Assembly (NCBI GenBank): GCA_030265395.1
Contig: JARFYF010000112.1
Location: forward strand, 51,259,071-51,323,070
DNA length: 64,000 nucleotides
Reading direction: 5' to 3'
Source of the DNA: Rhina ancylostomus
Lineage: Eukaryota
Numbering within the stretch: position 1 is the first letter of the stretch; every line of letters begins with the position of its first letter. This document shows, in pieces, positions 12,321 through 26,400 of the stretch. Made by a program: the position numbers and the translations under genes. The notes beneath the pieces were generated by a model. The model saw nothing but the letters and a program-made list of their open reading frames with translations. It had not been told where the DNA came from and ran no database searches.

Positions 12321-15071
12321 GCATTGAAGTTTAGTGAAAGTGTGTTCGAATATTTTTTTATTAATATTTAAATGCCTTAGGATAGTTCCTGCGTCATGCT
12401 TCTGTGTGAGAAGCACACAATATTCTGTTCAGAAAATAGTTATTTGCCCTTGCCATGTTTTACTTGATTATATTTCACACGCCTGCACCCAAAGGGTGCA
12501 GGATAGTAAAAGCAGGAGCAATAGTTTATTGCTTCCCCCACAAGGGTGCTATATCACTTCGCCCTCCTCAGTGAAAAAGTTAATATCGTATTTTTATTAT
12601 TAACGTGCACATGCATGCAACAAAAATATGGTAAATATTGACATTCACCCTGTTAAGACCCCTCAGGCTCTCATTTAGCACCTTCCAACTTTTCAGATTT
12701 CTGTTGTGTTCATCGTTCTTTTCCAACCTTTCCTGTCGAAAGGCATTCCACTTCCTGGTACCAGTTTGGAAAAAAAAACATCTTTTGATTCTATCCAACG
12801 CATTAAATTCCTCCCTTAAAAGGATGGATAACCAAACTATCCACAGGTTTCTTCCAGGTGCTCCATTTCTACATTATCCAAAAGCTGTTAAGTGACACTA
12901 TGAATTGTCCCCAGCGTATAGGTGAATCAGGGGGAGGGCTTATGAAAACGTGGGAATTATGTTAGTGCATGAATAGCGTTATTTTTGTGGTTCATGGTCG
13001 GTACGGATTCAGTGGGTGGAGGGGTCTGCTTCCATGCTGTATCTCTCCATGACACGATGACTGATGACAGTTGACATGGGGACAGTTTACATAGTTGTAT
13101 GTCCCAAGATAGTGTAATCAGAGCAAGAGCGTTCCAGGTGTGCCCAGCGCTAGGAATTACATTGCAAACTGTGGAAAATAACCTGAAGTGTAGCAAGGGT
13201 AATCTGTGATTGATGATTTCTGAAAGGTTTTGCACTGGAAGCAAACAGCGGGACTGAGTCAACGTATAATTACAAATTATACTGACCATATATTAATCAC
13301 AGTTTCATTCTCTCCACGTTCTCATGAGCTCTGCGTCCCTGATTCTACCACTCACCTCCACACCAGAGACCATTTATTGCAGCCCAGTAACCTAGCAACC
13401 CACACATCTTGGGATGTTGGGGCCTATCCGCGATGAAATGACAATGTCAACCAGACATGAGCAAATGGAAATTGGCGAAGATAATAGTGCTGGAGGGAAG
13501 GAAAAGCCCTTTGATGCAAAGTGACTGACCGTATTCCACTGGTTCTCTCCACATGCAAAATGGTCCAAAGTCATTAATGCCATAATTCTGTCGCAATGAT
13601 CTTGAATCTAAGGGGATGGGTATGACCCGGTTGTGTACATAAGAGATCCAGCTCCACGTCAGAGGATATGCTTTATTCCTTTGCTTAATTACCTCAAGGT
13701 GGGCATTGAGGGGAAAGCCAGAATTTATTGCCCTTCCCTGCGTTACATTCAGAAGGTCGAAGAGAGTCACCTTCTTACATTGTTACACAACGTCTGCTGA
13801 AAGTGCTCCTGCAGTGCTATTGAGTATTGTGTTCCAGTATGTAGACCCAACCAAGATGTGGAACCGTGATATATTAGGATCGTGTGTTACCCGGATGTAC
13901 CTGCTGTCCCCGAAGGCAGAGATCATGGATTTGCGAGGAACTGTCAAAGTAGCCTTTGATGGTAATTATAGGACCATGGTGATTTGTTCTAATCCCATGG
14001 TTGTGAAATAGTGCAGCCCTGTCCATTTGATTCTATTTTATTTCTGTCCATCAGCATGATATGTTGCAGCTTCCTGAGGCTGGCAGCTTTAGGTAGTGGG
14101 TTGCTGCTCCCAGTGTGCCTTTCTGCACTCCACGTTTAACTGGAATTCAGCTCCTGACGTGACTGTGATGGTAAACTGAGGAATATGTTGCATGAGGATC
14201 ACCCATGTTCAGTAGGCAGGAGTGGCATTGAGCTTCCGGTTCTCTGCTATTTTAATTCATCACCTTAGTCGGTTTCTGGTATTTCTTTCTGTGGCATCAT
14301 GCTCTGTTACAAGGCCCAATCCGAGACTGAGGAGCAACGTCAAATCTCCGGTCAATTTATGCTGCAACCAATGGGGCTCAATATCGAATTCTCTAATTTT
14401 AGATAACTCACTCTTTCCGTCTGTTTCTGTCAGATCTGAGCATTTCATCCTGTTGTAATTTTGTTTCTGCTATGTTTCTGTATAAAGTATGGCCCGTTGT
14501 GCCTGTCCCGCATTCTTGCATTTTGCAACAAATTTCACGGGCAGATCGGTTTTACATGATTTTAGTTGCAAAAGTAGTTCATCTTGTCTTTTCCTGTCAG
14601 AGATATATCCCCTGCCCACACTCCTCACCCTCACTGTCTCTGCTGCCTAAACTAACTCACTTCCTTTCTTTCAAATGAAGATTAGCGGACGTGAGATGTG
14701 AACTGTTTCTCTTTCCGCAGGTAATTCCTGACCTGCTGAGTGTTTCCAGGATTTTCTCTTTCTTTTTATATGTCATGTCATGACATGCAAACAGCAGGAA
14801 TGTGATGGTTCACAGCGCCTCCTGGATGTCCAGTTTTGAACTGGCAAATTGTTCCAAATATACCCGAAGTAGTATTATTGCTATTCTACACACTAAATAT
14901 GTCTTTGGCTTAAAGGCGGAATTTTTCTCTCCCACATGACTGTGTAGCGATCAATTCAACATCTGCCAACATGGACAGACGTACCTGCCACAGGTAGTCA
15001 GGTAAGTATGATTTCAAGTCGGTCAATCTCCGATGATATTACATCCACTAGGTGAGGCAGACCAGTTTGGC

Positions 15072-15350
15072 TGTCACAATGTTGATCCGGAGCAAACTCA
15101 CAGAGAACCCAAATGCAGCACACCAATACAAGACTGGAGTCAGGATANNNNNNNNNNNNNNNNNNNNNNNNNNNNNNNNNNNNNNNNNNNNNNNNNNNNN
15201 NNNNNNNNNNNNNNNNNNNNNNNNNNNNNNNNNNNNNNNNNNNNNNNCTCAGGTGTGTATTGTTATGCAATCAGTCCAGCATGGAATCCATGTGCTGGAC
15301 AACAAGGCATTAATGGATCCAAATGAGGGCCAGAACTCAGAACCATGACA
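15072..15350. mobile_element. Solo LTR, family A, with 5-bp TSD TTGGC (internal gap)
   Basis: TTGGC|TGTCACAATG ... CCATGACA|TTGGC (15067-15071 and 15351-15355). Confidence 0.9.
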
Positions 15351-17699
15351 TTGGCAGATAGACACTTCAGGACTGAACCATCTATGGTGGATGGCGGTGC
15401 TGTCAAGACCCAGGTCGGAACTCCTCCACCATGAGTACATCATGTGGCTTCGCTAATTTCATGTATTTCTTCCATGTGTTATTTAGCATGGCGGAGGGCT
15501 GATGCATCACGTGAGTGAAGACGGGAGATGAGAATCTGTAGGGCTTTTATTTGTTTACTTGCCCATGTTTAATAATAGCAGGAGATTTCTGGAGATCGGA
15601 AGGCAATGTTGGGGATCCCAATTTCACTCCCTCTTGGTTGTCTACCACAGTGCGACCAATTCTAATGGATCTGGGCGACTGATGGAATAGAAAATAAACA
15701 AACATTGTGATAGATGGCTCTTCTGCATTGTTTGAAAGGTATGATTCTGATTCTATGTGTGTGGTTATGTCGGTCTGACGCCTGAATAATCAGTGGGACT
15801 GTTCTTCCCAAAGGGTCAATGATCATCAGATATTTGTGAGGAGAAATTTGAATAGTTGACAGGGCTGGGACAGCCCTTCCTGCACCAGTGAAGCATATGG
15901 GGTTTAATTGGGTTGTTGATACTCAGTTTTAATTATTGGTTTATTTGTTGTTTTGAATGGTTTTCACACCCTTGGGTGGGACATTCCAAGCATCTCGCCA
16001 CTAGCTCAGCAAAATAACCGCTCTGGCATGGCACGGATAATCACTCGGCAAAAAGATACATCAGCAAAAGACAGGCGTTAATACAGTCATATTAATGGAA
16101 ACAGGAATATGCATAGAATATTGTAGTCCGTTATTAATTGTGTAAAAGTAGTTAGTTTCCAGAAAAAAAAGACTGATCTGAATTGTTAAGAGATAGCAAA
16201 AACACTGGGTGGGTTTTGCAGAGCAAACAGGCGCACCCACGAAAATGCGCAGCAGTGGAAATTCCAATATAATAAATTACTAAGTGTCTGAAATACGTTT
16301 TGGACCAACAAGTTTCAGTCTCAAACCAAGCGTGGCACTAAAACAAGGCAAAAATAAAACTGAATGTTTCAGGAAAGCAGGCAAGCAAAACATGAACCTG
16401 ACAAATGCCGCAATTGCAGGTGTTTCCTGTCAAGTGAAAGAGAAAATCAAACTAGCCACAGCATTTCTGTGCCCCTGCAGCCTGTATCAAGCATATTCCA
16501 CGGAGATATTACTGAATATTACACGCGATATCACCTTCAGCGAGGCTACTTCCTTGTTATTCGTCGGAAAGCATCATGTCTCTCCTGGCGAAGTTCATTA
16601 ATGTCAAAAATTTACAGTCTTTCCAAGCGTCTGAGCGATCGCAGGATACTTCCTGAAATCATTGTTCAGTTGCCGCATCAAAGATTACATCGGGTGCTGT
16701 TGCAAAGCATTTCCGCACGGCACAGCTCAAAGAAATCCCATCACTGCAGGCAAAAATAGAATTACTGCAATCAGTTATGAGAGACAGAGTACGTTTGGAC
16801 GCAACACAACACGTGGCAATGAGCCAATCGTTCATACCGGATAAGTGCGCAATACTGGGTAGTAGAAAATAACGTACTTCTGGACTGTGCAAACAAGTAT
16901 AAAAGCATATAAGTTCAGAGGAAGAGCAGGCGGCACAGCCCCTTGGGCCGACTCGGCCATTTAATAAGATCGTCGCTGCTCTGATTCCAACATCTACTCT
17001 GGATTTTCTTCCAACCGTGACTTGGAAAGAGTCTGTCTACTATTTCTTATATGTGCATTCCCGTACTTTAAAGCAGTCATGCCTGGTTCCTCATTCTGCC
17101 TCAATGGAAACATTCTCTCCATATCTACTCTGTGCAAATCTCTCTAGATCATTTTGTCTCAGTCAAGTTCGCTTTCTCGCTTTTATCCTGCAGCACATGC
17201 AAGCCGAGTCTGTCCAACTGTTCCGCAAAAGTAATTTCCAACTGTTCAACTCACACAAATTCTCAAAGTTCCTTCTAACACAGCAGAGTTAAGCCCAGAG
17301 AAGAACTTAACAATTAATAAGCAGTTCCCTGTAGGTGGGTTAATGCAGCAAAACGGGGCTGCATTAAAATAGTAACCTATCAGAATTCGGTCAGATGAAG
17401 CTTCTGGATGAAACAGATACAATATATAAATGTATGAAAAACACTGCAGCAGGAAATGATATTCTTCATAAAACAATTTATTAGTGATCTGCCAACTAAA
17501 CATAAGGGGAAAATACAAGTCTAAATAAATAAACACTCAGGCCTGGAATTCCTGAGACTGTAAATGCATTGGATAGAAACACATCCTTTGAAACACTTTG
17601 AACTGTCCATATTCCTTATTTTGAAGGATATTCATCTTAACGTTCCTTTATCTTGTTCTTTGTTCACTCAAAATATATAACTAGCACTGTCTTGATGAT

Positions 17700-19880
17700 T
17701 TTGCATTCCCTTCCTCAACTGATCTTAGTACATCGGTTTGGAAATTTGCAGCCTAACCAACTTCTGATCCAGATTCACTTTTATGTAACGTTGCAGATCT
17801 ACTTGTTTCTTTATCCAGGTAGCTTGCTATGAAATGATCAGGTCCCTTCCTCGAATGTCCAACATACATGTATCACCTTAATGTTCGCCTCTTTAAATTT
17901 GAATTACCGTTCCTCAACGGAAGGTATGAAATAATTAAAGTAAACAACAACAAAAGTGAGTCTAATTGAAAGTAATACTAATATCTTCGGTTTGATGGGT
18001 ACAGGTGTTCAAATATCGTGTGCTGCCTCTCCTGCACTACTATTAGTTATGCGTAATGGGAGGAGTATGCAGAGTATGGGATGTTCCATGTCTCAATCAG
18101 ATTTATTTTCAATGATACAGCAAGCCCTTGTTAATTTTTTACAGGGCGAGTCTCAGCAGTGTCCATTTCCAGATGGCATATGATATGTAAGTGACTTAAT
18201 GAATGGTTAAAGTAGCGGAAAGCGAAACAAGTGGGATGCTTGGTTTTGAAAGGATCTGCAATCATGCAACAACACGCACACATCCAATAACATTTGTCAC
18301 TTGTTTCTTGTCGATGGTGGAAATGAGGGGGGATGACATGCCATAGGGGAAGACAGTCACACATACAGACACTGGCCTGCTCTTGTACTACCTTTACCTG
18401 AGCGGCAGATTGAGTTGTATTTCTGGACATGGGTCATTCCAAGAATACTAAAGGTGGGGAATCAGCAATTGATTTCCCAGTGAATGTCTATTTAATACGG
18501 GTTGACCTTGTTTGGAAATGTTTTTTTTTGACATTGCGTTTTTTTAATCCCTTAGGCATTTCTCAGTTTATGCCAGCGCATAGACTTGGTCTTAATTCAT
18601 TTATTCATGGAATGTGTTCGTTTTTTTCCTGAAGGGTTGGGAATGGATTTTTCTGTAATCATCTGCGAATAATCTCACTTTTGAATTTATGATGGAAGTA
18701 ACTGTAGTTGATGAAGAAGCTGAGAATGTTTGCACTAATGATACAAATGAAATTTTGCAATGATATTCTGGGACTGAGGTAGTTGACCTTCAAATATCAT
18801 TCATTGAGCAAGATACAACTGCGGTCACAACGACTGGAGAAAATTCTCCCGAGCTGTAAGGAATCAGGAGCAGCTTTTCAGCTAAAAGGTAGAGAGAAAC
18901 TGAGCTGGAGGCTCTAAGCACTCTGATCGAACTTTTCCTTGAGGAACTTTTCCTCGCCAAATTTGCGAGCCATAATACTGAAGCTCGAGGATTGTGAGTG
19001 ACGACAGGAAATAAAAACAGGCAAGGCCTTCGCGTATCCTGAATTAACACAAAAACGCCGAACCACTCGACAATTTCAGTTGGAACAAGTCTCCTGAATT
19101 CCCTTTTCAGTCAACTGATGCCTTATTTCAACTTTCAGTTAACATTTCTGGAGACGAAGCAGGGTATCATTGAACCTGGAGAAGCGGACAAACACTGCTT
19201 ATGAACGCATTTCCAAGGCAGCATCAATCAAGCTGTTGATGGCTAAACGCAACCTGATGGGTCTTGAATTATTTGGAGTAGATTTGTTCTGCTTTTGTGT
19301 GGAAATAACATAGATCGGTTAGTATCTATATTTTTGCTGCCAGAGTTGTAAATATTCTGAAACAGTTTAGCTGGCGATGCCACTTATTCTAGGGACCTGA
19401 CCAGTACTTCAGAAAGGTTATAATATTCGTGGAAACTTAGACTAAAGATCTGAATTCCAGCGGTGAGGGGAAAGTGACTACCTTTGCTATCAGTGCAACA
19501 GTTGACTGGGTATTACATCAATAAGTGAAGATCAATGGCATCAATGTGGATGGATTCATAACTTGCGCAAAGCAATATGCTTTTAATTGGCCCTGTCAAC
19601 TGCCAGAGTACCAAGGCATCACCGCAGGAGCAGACTCCAAGAGCCAACCACATTCAGCTGCTTTTTAAATGGCCTTTATAGCATAGAGGGGAATTTTCAC
19701 TGATGAGTTCACAATGTTAAATTTCATTGACAAATCCTCAGCAAATGTAGCAACCCATATTGGCAAGTAACAAAGATCCAGATAACATCCAGGCTGGGGC
19801 TGAGAAGTCGTAAGTAACATTCGAAATTCAAAAAAATGTACGACAATGACCAACTCCAAAAATAAATTGTCTGAACCCAC
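17700..19880 (-). pseudogene. Decayed LRR / TLR11-subfamily-like relic R2
   Basis: Across frameshifts: (V)GSDNLFLELVIVVHFF..AWMLSGS..FVTCQY/VATFAEDLS..KQLNVVGSW..LTGPIKSILL..PVNCC..FSLSFHEYYNLS..PAKLFQNI..VLWLANL..IRVLRAS..CMCDCLPLW. Start codon is GTG; many stops. The 3' boundary is approximate. Confidence 0.55.
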
Positions 19881-20295
19881 TCCTTGAAATTAAATGGCAG
19901 TGGGATTGCAAAATGCCCCGCTTTCATCATCCTGGGTCTCGCCATTGAATAAAACCTCAACTACGAAATATTGTGGCTGCAAGAAGATTTCAAAGGCAAT
20001 TGATTCACCACATGAAATCCTAATGCTTCCACTATCCCAAAGACACAAGTCAACAGCCTGAAAGTATAATCTCCACTTGGTTAGCTGAGTGCAGTTTCAA
20101 CAATTCTCAGGAAGCTTGACAGCATCCAGGATAAAGCTCTCTGCATGACTACAAGCACACTAAGTATTAATTTTTCTTCCCCGTGTATAATGTGCAGCCT
20201 GCAAAGTATTCGCTGCATGTACTCACCCAACGGTATCTTCCAAATACGTGGCATGTTCCCTGAAGACAGACAATTCCCATGTTATATACGTGCAA

Positions 20296-20461
20296 TGTTA
20301 CGAACCAGCAACAAAAGAAACACACTAAGACATGTATAGGTGTTAAAAACTACTTTATTAATAACTACTTATGATAATAAGTATAATAAAAGTAAAAATG
20401 TTAGAATGTTAGAAGTAAAAATGTTAAACCCCGAACATTAACTCCCAAAACTAACTAAACT
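20296..20461 (-). mobile_element. Partial LTR, family B, at the junction of duplication A
   Basis: Starts TGTTACGAACCAGCAAC, the reverse complement of the 7611-7735 end; absent from the matching site of copy 2 at about 23875. Confidence 0.8.
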
Positions 20462-21299
20462 NNNNNNNNNNNNNNNNNNNNNNNNNNNNNNNNNNNNNNN
20501 NNNNNNNNNNNNNNNNNNNNNNNNNNNNNNNNNNNNNNNNNNNNNNNNNNNNNNNNNNNNNAAGATCGTCGCTGCTCTGATTTCAACATTTACTCTGGAT
20601 TTTCTTCCAACCGTGACTTGGAAAGAGTCTGTCTACTATTTCTTATATGTGCATTCCCGTACTTTAGAGCAGTCATGCCTGGTTCCTCATTCTGCCTCAA
20701 TATCTACTCTGTGCAAATCGCTCTCGATCATTTTGCCTCAGTCAAATTCGCTTTCTCGTGTTTATCCTGCAGCACAGGCAAGCCGAGTCGGTCCAAATTT
20801 TCCGCAAAAGTAATTTCCAACTGTTTAACTCACACAAATTCTCAAAGTTCCTTCTAACACAGCAGAGTTAAGCCCAGAGTAGAACTTAACAATTAATAAG
20901 CATTTCCCCGTAAGTGGGTTCATGCAGCAAAACGGGGCTGCATTAAAATATTCACCTATCAGAATTCGGTCAGATGAAACTTCTGGATGAAACAGATACA
21001 ATATATAAATGTATGGAAAACACTGCAGCAGGAAATGATATTCTTCATAAAATTTATTAGTGGTCTGACAACTAAACATAAGGGGAAAATACAGGACTAA
21101 ATAAATAAACACTCATGCCTGGAATTCCCGAGACTGTAAATGCATTGGATAGAAACACATCCTTTGAAACACTTCAAACTGTGCATATTCCTTATTTTGA
21201 AGGATATTCATCTTAACGTTCCTTTATCTCGTTCTTTGTTCATTCAAAATATATAAATAACATTGTCTCTTTGATTTTGCATTCCCTTCCTCAATTGAT

Positions 21300-23455
21300 C
21301 TTAGTACATAGGTTTGGAAATTTGCAGCCGAACCAACTTCTGATCCAGATTCATTTTTATGTAACGTTGCAGATCTACTTGTTTCTTTATCCAAGTAGGT
21401 TGCTCTGAAATGATTAGGTCGCTTCCTCGAATGTCCAACAAACATGTATCATCTTAATGTTCGCCTCTTTACCTTTGAATTACCGTTCCTCAACGGAGGG
21501 TATGAAATAATTAAAGTAAATAACAACAAAAGTGAGTCTAATTGAAAGTAATACTAATATCTTCGGTTTGATGGTTACACGTGTTCAAAAATCGTGTGCT
21601 GCCTCTCCTGCACTCCTATTAGGTATGCGTAATGGGAGGAGTATGCAGAGTATGGGATGTTCCATGTCTCAATCAGATTATTTTCGATGATACAGCAATG
21701 CCCTGTCAATTATTTACAGGGCGAGTCTCAGCAGTGTCCATTTCCAGATGGCATATGATATTTAAGTGATTTGATGAATGGATAAAGTAGCGGAAAGCGA
21801 AACAAGTGGGATGCTTGGTTTTGAAAGAATCTGCAATCATGCAACAACATGCACACGTCCAATAACATGGGTAACTTTGTTTCTTGTCGACGGTGGAAAT
21901 GAGGGGGGATGATATGCCACAGGGGAAGACAATCACACATACAGACACTGGCCTGCTCTTGTACTACCTTTACCTGTGCGGCAGATTGAGTTATATTTCT
22001 GGACATGGGTCATTCCAAGAATACTGAAGGTGGGGAATAAGCAATTGATTTCCCAGTGAATGTCTATTTAATACGGGTTGACCTTGTCTGGAAGTGTTTT
22101 GTTTGACACTGTGTTTTGTTAAATCCCTTAGCCAATTCTAAGTTTATGCCAGCACACAGACTTGGTCTTAATTCATTTATTCATGGAATGTGTTCGTTTT
22201 TTTTCCTGAAGGGTTTGGAATGGATTTTTCTGTAATCATCTGCGAATAATCTCACTTCTGAATTTATGATGAAAGTAACTGTAGTTGATAAAGAAGCTGA
22301 GAATGTTTGCACTGATGATACCAATGAAATCTTGCAATGATATTCTGGGACTGAGGTAGTTGACCTTCAAATATTATTCTTTGTACAAGATACAACTGCG
22401 ATCACAACGACTGGAGAAAATTCTCCCGAGCTGTAAGGAATCAGGAGCAGCTTTTCAGCTGAAAGGTAGAGAGAAACTGAACTGGAGGCTCTAAGCACTC
22501 TGATCGAACTATTCCTCGCCATATTTGCGAGCCATAATACTGAAACTCGAGGATTGTGAGTGACGACAAAAAAAAACAGGCAAGGCCGTCGCGTATCCTG
22601 AATTAAAACAAAAAAAGCCGGAAGCACTCGACAATTTCAGTTGGAACAAGTCTCCTGTATTCTCTGTTCAGTCAACTGATGCATTATTTCAACTGTTGCA
22701 TTCACTTAACATTTCTGGAGACGAAGCAGGGTATTATTGAACCTGGAGAAGAGGACAAACACTGCTTATGAACGTATTTCCAAGGCAGTATCAATTAAAG
22801 TGTTGATGGCTAAACGCAACCTGATAGGGCTTGAATTACTTGGAGTAGATTTGTTCTGCTTTAATGTAGAAATAACATATATCGGTTAATATCTACATTT
22901 TCGCTGCCAGTGTTATAAATATTCTGAAACAGTTTAGCTGGCGACGTCACTTATTCTCGGGACCTGACTTCAATACTTCAGAAAGGTTATAATATTCGTG
23001 GAAACTTAGACTAAAGATCTGAATTCCAGAGGTGAGGGGAGAGTGACGACCTTTGCTATCAGTGCAACATTTGACTGACTATTACATAAAGATATCCTAA
23101 TAAATGGAGATCAATGGCATCAATGTGGTTGGAATCATAACTTGCTCAAGGCAATATGCTTTTATTGGCAATGTCAACTGCCAGAGTACCAAGGTATCAC
23201 CGCAGAGTAGACTCCAAGAGCCAACCACATTCGGCTGTTTCTTAAATGGCCTTTACAGCATAGAGGGGAATTTTCACTGTAGAGTTCACAATGTTAAATT
23301 TCATTGACAAATCCTGAGCAAATGCAGCAACCCATATTGGCAAGTAACAAAGATCCAGATAACATTCAGGCTTGGGCTGAGAAGTCGTAAGTAACATTCG
23401 AAACTCAAAAATGCACGACAATGACCAACTCCAGCAAGAAATTGTCTGAACCCAC
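21300..23455 (-). pseudogene. Relic R3 (duplicate of R2)
   Basis: Same motifs as R2, within copy 2 of duplication A. Confidence 0.55.
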
Positions 23456-26400
23456 CCTTTGAAATTAAATGTCAGTGGCATTGCAGAATGCCCCGCATTC
23501 ATCATCCTGTGTCTCGCCATTGAATAAAACCTCAACTACGAAATACTGTGGCTACAAGATTTCAAAGGCAATTGATTCACCTCACGAAACCCTAATGCTT
23601 CCACTATCCCAAAGAAGCAAGTCAGCAGCCTGAAAGTATAATCTCGATTTGGTTAAGTGAGTGCAGTTTGAACAATTCTCAGGAAGTTTGACAGCATCCA
23701 GGATAAAGCTCTTTGCATGACTATCATGCTATCAAGTGCACTAAGCATCAATTTCTCTTCCCTGTGTATAATGTGCAGCCTGCGAAGTATTCACTCCATG
23801 TACTCACCCAACAACATATCCCAAACGCTTGGCATGCTCCCGAAGACAGACAATTCCCGTGTTATATACGTACACTACCACCTGAAGGTTCGGCACCAAG
23901 GTGCGCACCATGTTGACTTGGAACAATCTCCATTGTACTTCATTATTGTTGTTGTTAAATCCGAGACGTCCCTCTCCGACAGCAGTTTAGGAGGCTCTCC
24001 ACCGCATCGAATGCAGAGTTTCAAGAAATGGACTGGATAAAAAGTGGTAGAAAATAAATTTGGGACTTGCCGGTGACATATATGTATATTTAAGTACCCT
24101 CTTCGAGTACACTGTCTTCGAAATGCTAATCTGAATCTTTCTATGGAATTTCTCTTAGTTTCTTCAGAAGTAACTCTGCACCTTCCAGAGGAAAAAAAAG
24201 CAATGCACCCAATTCCTGGGGAATCATGACAAATTTGAGCCACAGCAGTAAGTTAAAGACACCCTCGCGGTGAAATGTTTGAATAGAAAATTCGGCATTT
24301 CCTTTATGTACCTTTTTTAAAATTTCAGATTTCCAGCATCTGATTTTTTAAATAGTTTTACGGCTATATAATTGTTTGAATGCCTCGCTACAGATTAAAC
24401 ATTAAAAGTTAGAAGCAAAGCATTCTGTCGTGCATTTTGTTCTGTTGATTATCTCCGTCATTATTTTTGCAATACGGCAGCGACTGCCATTCTGCAGGCT
24501 TAAACAGGGCACAGCAGATTTAATTTGTATTTGTGACAACTTGATGAAATTCTGTTAAACGTGATAAATATTATGACTGACAGTAGACAGTGTAAGCTAC
24601 GTGCTCTCACAGGTTTCACACTGATTATAGTCATGATGTAGATTTGAAAAAGTGCACATTCGCTTCAAATTGCAGTGCTCGAAAATTAAAGCATGACTTT
24701 TTCAGAAAACATCGATTTGCCCACGTGAGATAAAATATTTATATTCATGGTTAACGGAATATTGTTGCAAGAACGCACTGAGCGATGCTTGAGTTCTTAT
24801 TGCTCTATTTCCAGCGGTCACGTCCCTTCATCATTGGACTGACACTTGCTCGCTGGAGAATAGTTCCACAATTACCCTCTGACTTGCAGAGGACATTTCT
24901 TTCTCACTCTCGCCCCGTATACACTGCAGTCTTCACTATTTATACCCTATAATAACTCTTTACAGTTGGTGATTCTAGACCGTTCCAAGGCACCACTATG
25001 TTCTGTGGATGCTCGTTGTTAGCGCGTTAAGCTCACTGGCAGATAGGACTCCGACTCAAATCAAATCTCTTGATGGAGGGTGAGTACTTCCATGTTTCTT
25101 GGCACACACATGGTTCATCACAGAATCTCATTCTGCAATCAATAATTCAGCATAATCCTTTTTGAACCGTCCATTTATTTTTCCCAGTTGAGAAATTCCC
25201 GTTGTTGCACTAATCGCTCTCACCCGCGTTCGGTGCTACTTAGACGACATTGTTTCTCACTTTCTCAGTATTGATTGAGAGTCCGAGATCTGAAACTTTT
25301 TTCCCCCTCTTTTCACCGACGCGGACGAGCTTGCTTCCCCCCCCCCCCCCACCAGTATGTTCTGCGTTAATATCAGAATTCCAGCGTCCGTATTATTTTA
25401 TTTCCATTCATGGAGGGACAGTATAAACTGTTTTTAATTTCTCTTTGGAGCCTATCAGACAGGCTGCCAAATGTAGGTAAACAGATTAGCATTGAAAACA
25501 TTTGTTTTTCTTCAGTTTAATGTTGGATGCTGTGGAGAGAAAGTGAGCGCACAATTTGACAACTCGCCAAACGAACAAGTTAAATGTCTTTTTCAACATT
25601 ATGTTTTTGTAGTTGAAAATTGCTGAGAATTTTAAAAACACCAGAAGATGCTTTTCAACCCATTTATTTTGCTTCTGTATTTCTAAACGCCAAGTTCATT
25701 TCATCTCATCTGATTTCAAACTTCATTCTGCTTTATTGTGCGTAAGATATGCTGGAGAAGAATGATTTACACTACACGAGGTATCAATATTTTCTGAATC
25801 ACAACATCAAATTGAAGAAAGTTGAAATTTACTGTCCACACTTCCTCCTCTGGGCAATACTAGTGCTACGACATTACGTGAATGTGGAGATGTATGCAAA
25901 AACCAGAATTCGTATGCTAAAGGCATTTGGGGATAGAGATGGTCATTGTGGAACCTTGAGGAATGAAGTAACACGTTGCATCAGAAGTCCGTAAGCTCTG
26001 GAACGCACAGCCTAAAACATGCCAAATAAACTCGTTCGGTACATAAAGCCATTTTCGCTCTCCGCTTCTTTGATTCGGATACCGATTCGATTATTCACGT
26101 TTTTCCTAGACTCACTGGGAAGAATGCAATGCGTTGTTCATCATGGGGCAGGTTCATGCTCATTGGTTTATTTGATCAGACTGCAACTGACGCCTTACCT
26201 CTGAGAAAACCTATTGGTTGTTTGGTGGTACGATTTGGTTGCTGAAAGAAAAGTCAATAATTCACTTCCAGATGTTTTGGAGTGTTAGAAGACGTCCGAG
26301 GGACAACTCGATAATTGCATATAGGGAGCTTGGCTAAAGTTCTGGTCCCCTTGCAATAGTTATTTGTTGAAAGATGTCATTGTGCTTCCTGACGTTGATT

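Larger units (their letters stand above)
16966..23874. repeat. Apparent tandem duplication A: 16966-20294 and 20562-23874
   Basis: Colinear about 3.3-kb copies with scattered substitutions and small indels, separated by an LTR B end and a gap. Confidence 0.95.

Noticed and set aside
17740-17850. TIR C-terminus for relic R2 (SYLD/TYLD..QKL)
   Set aside because: Only a 4-residue resemblance; no box 1 or RDFxPG motif found upstream, so not called.
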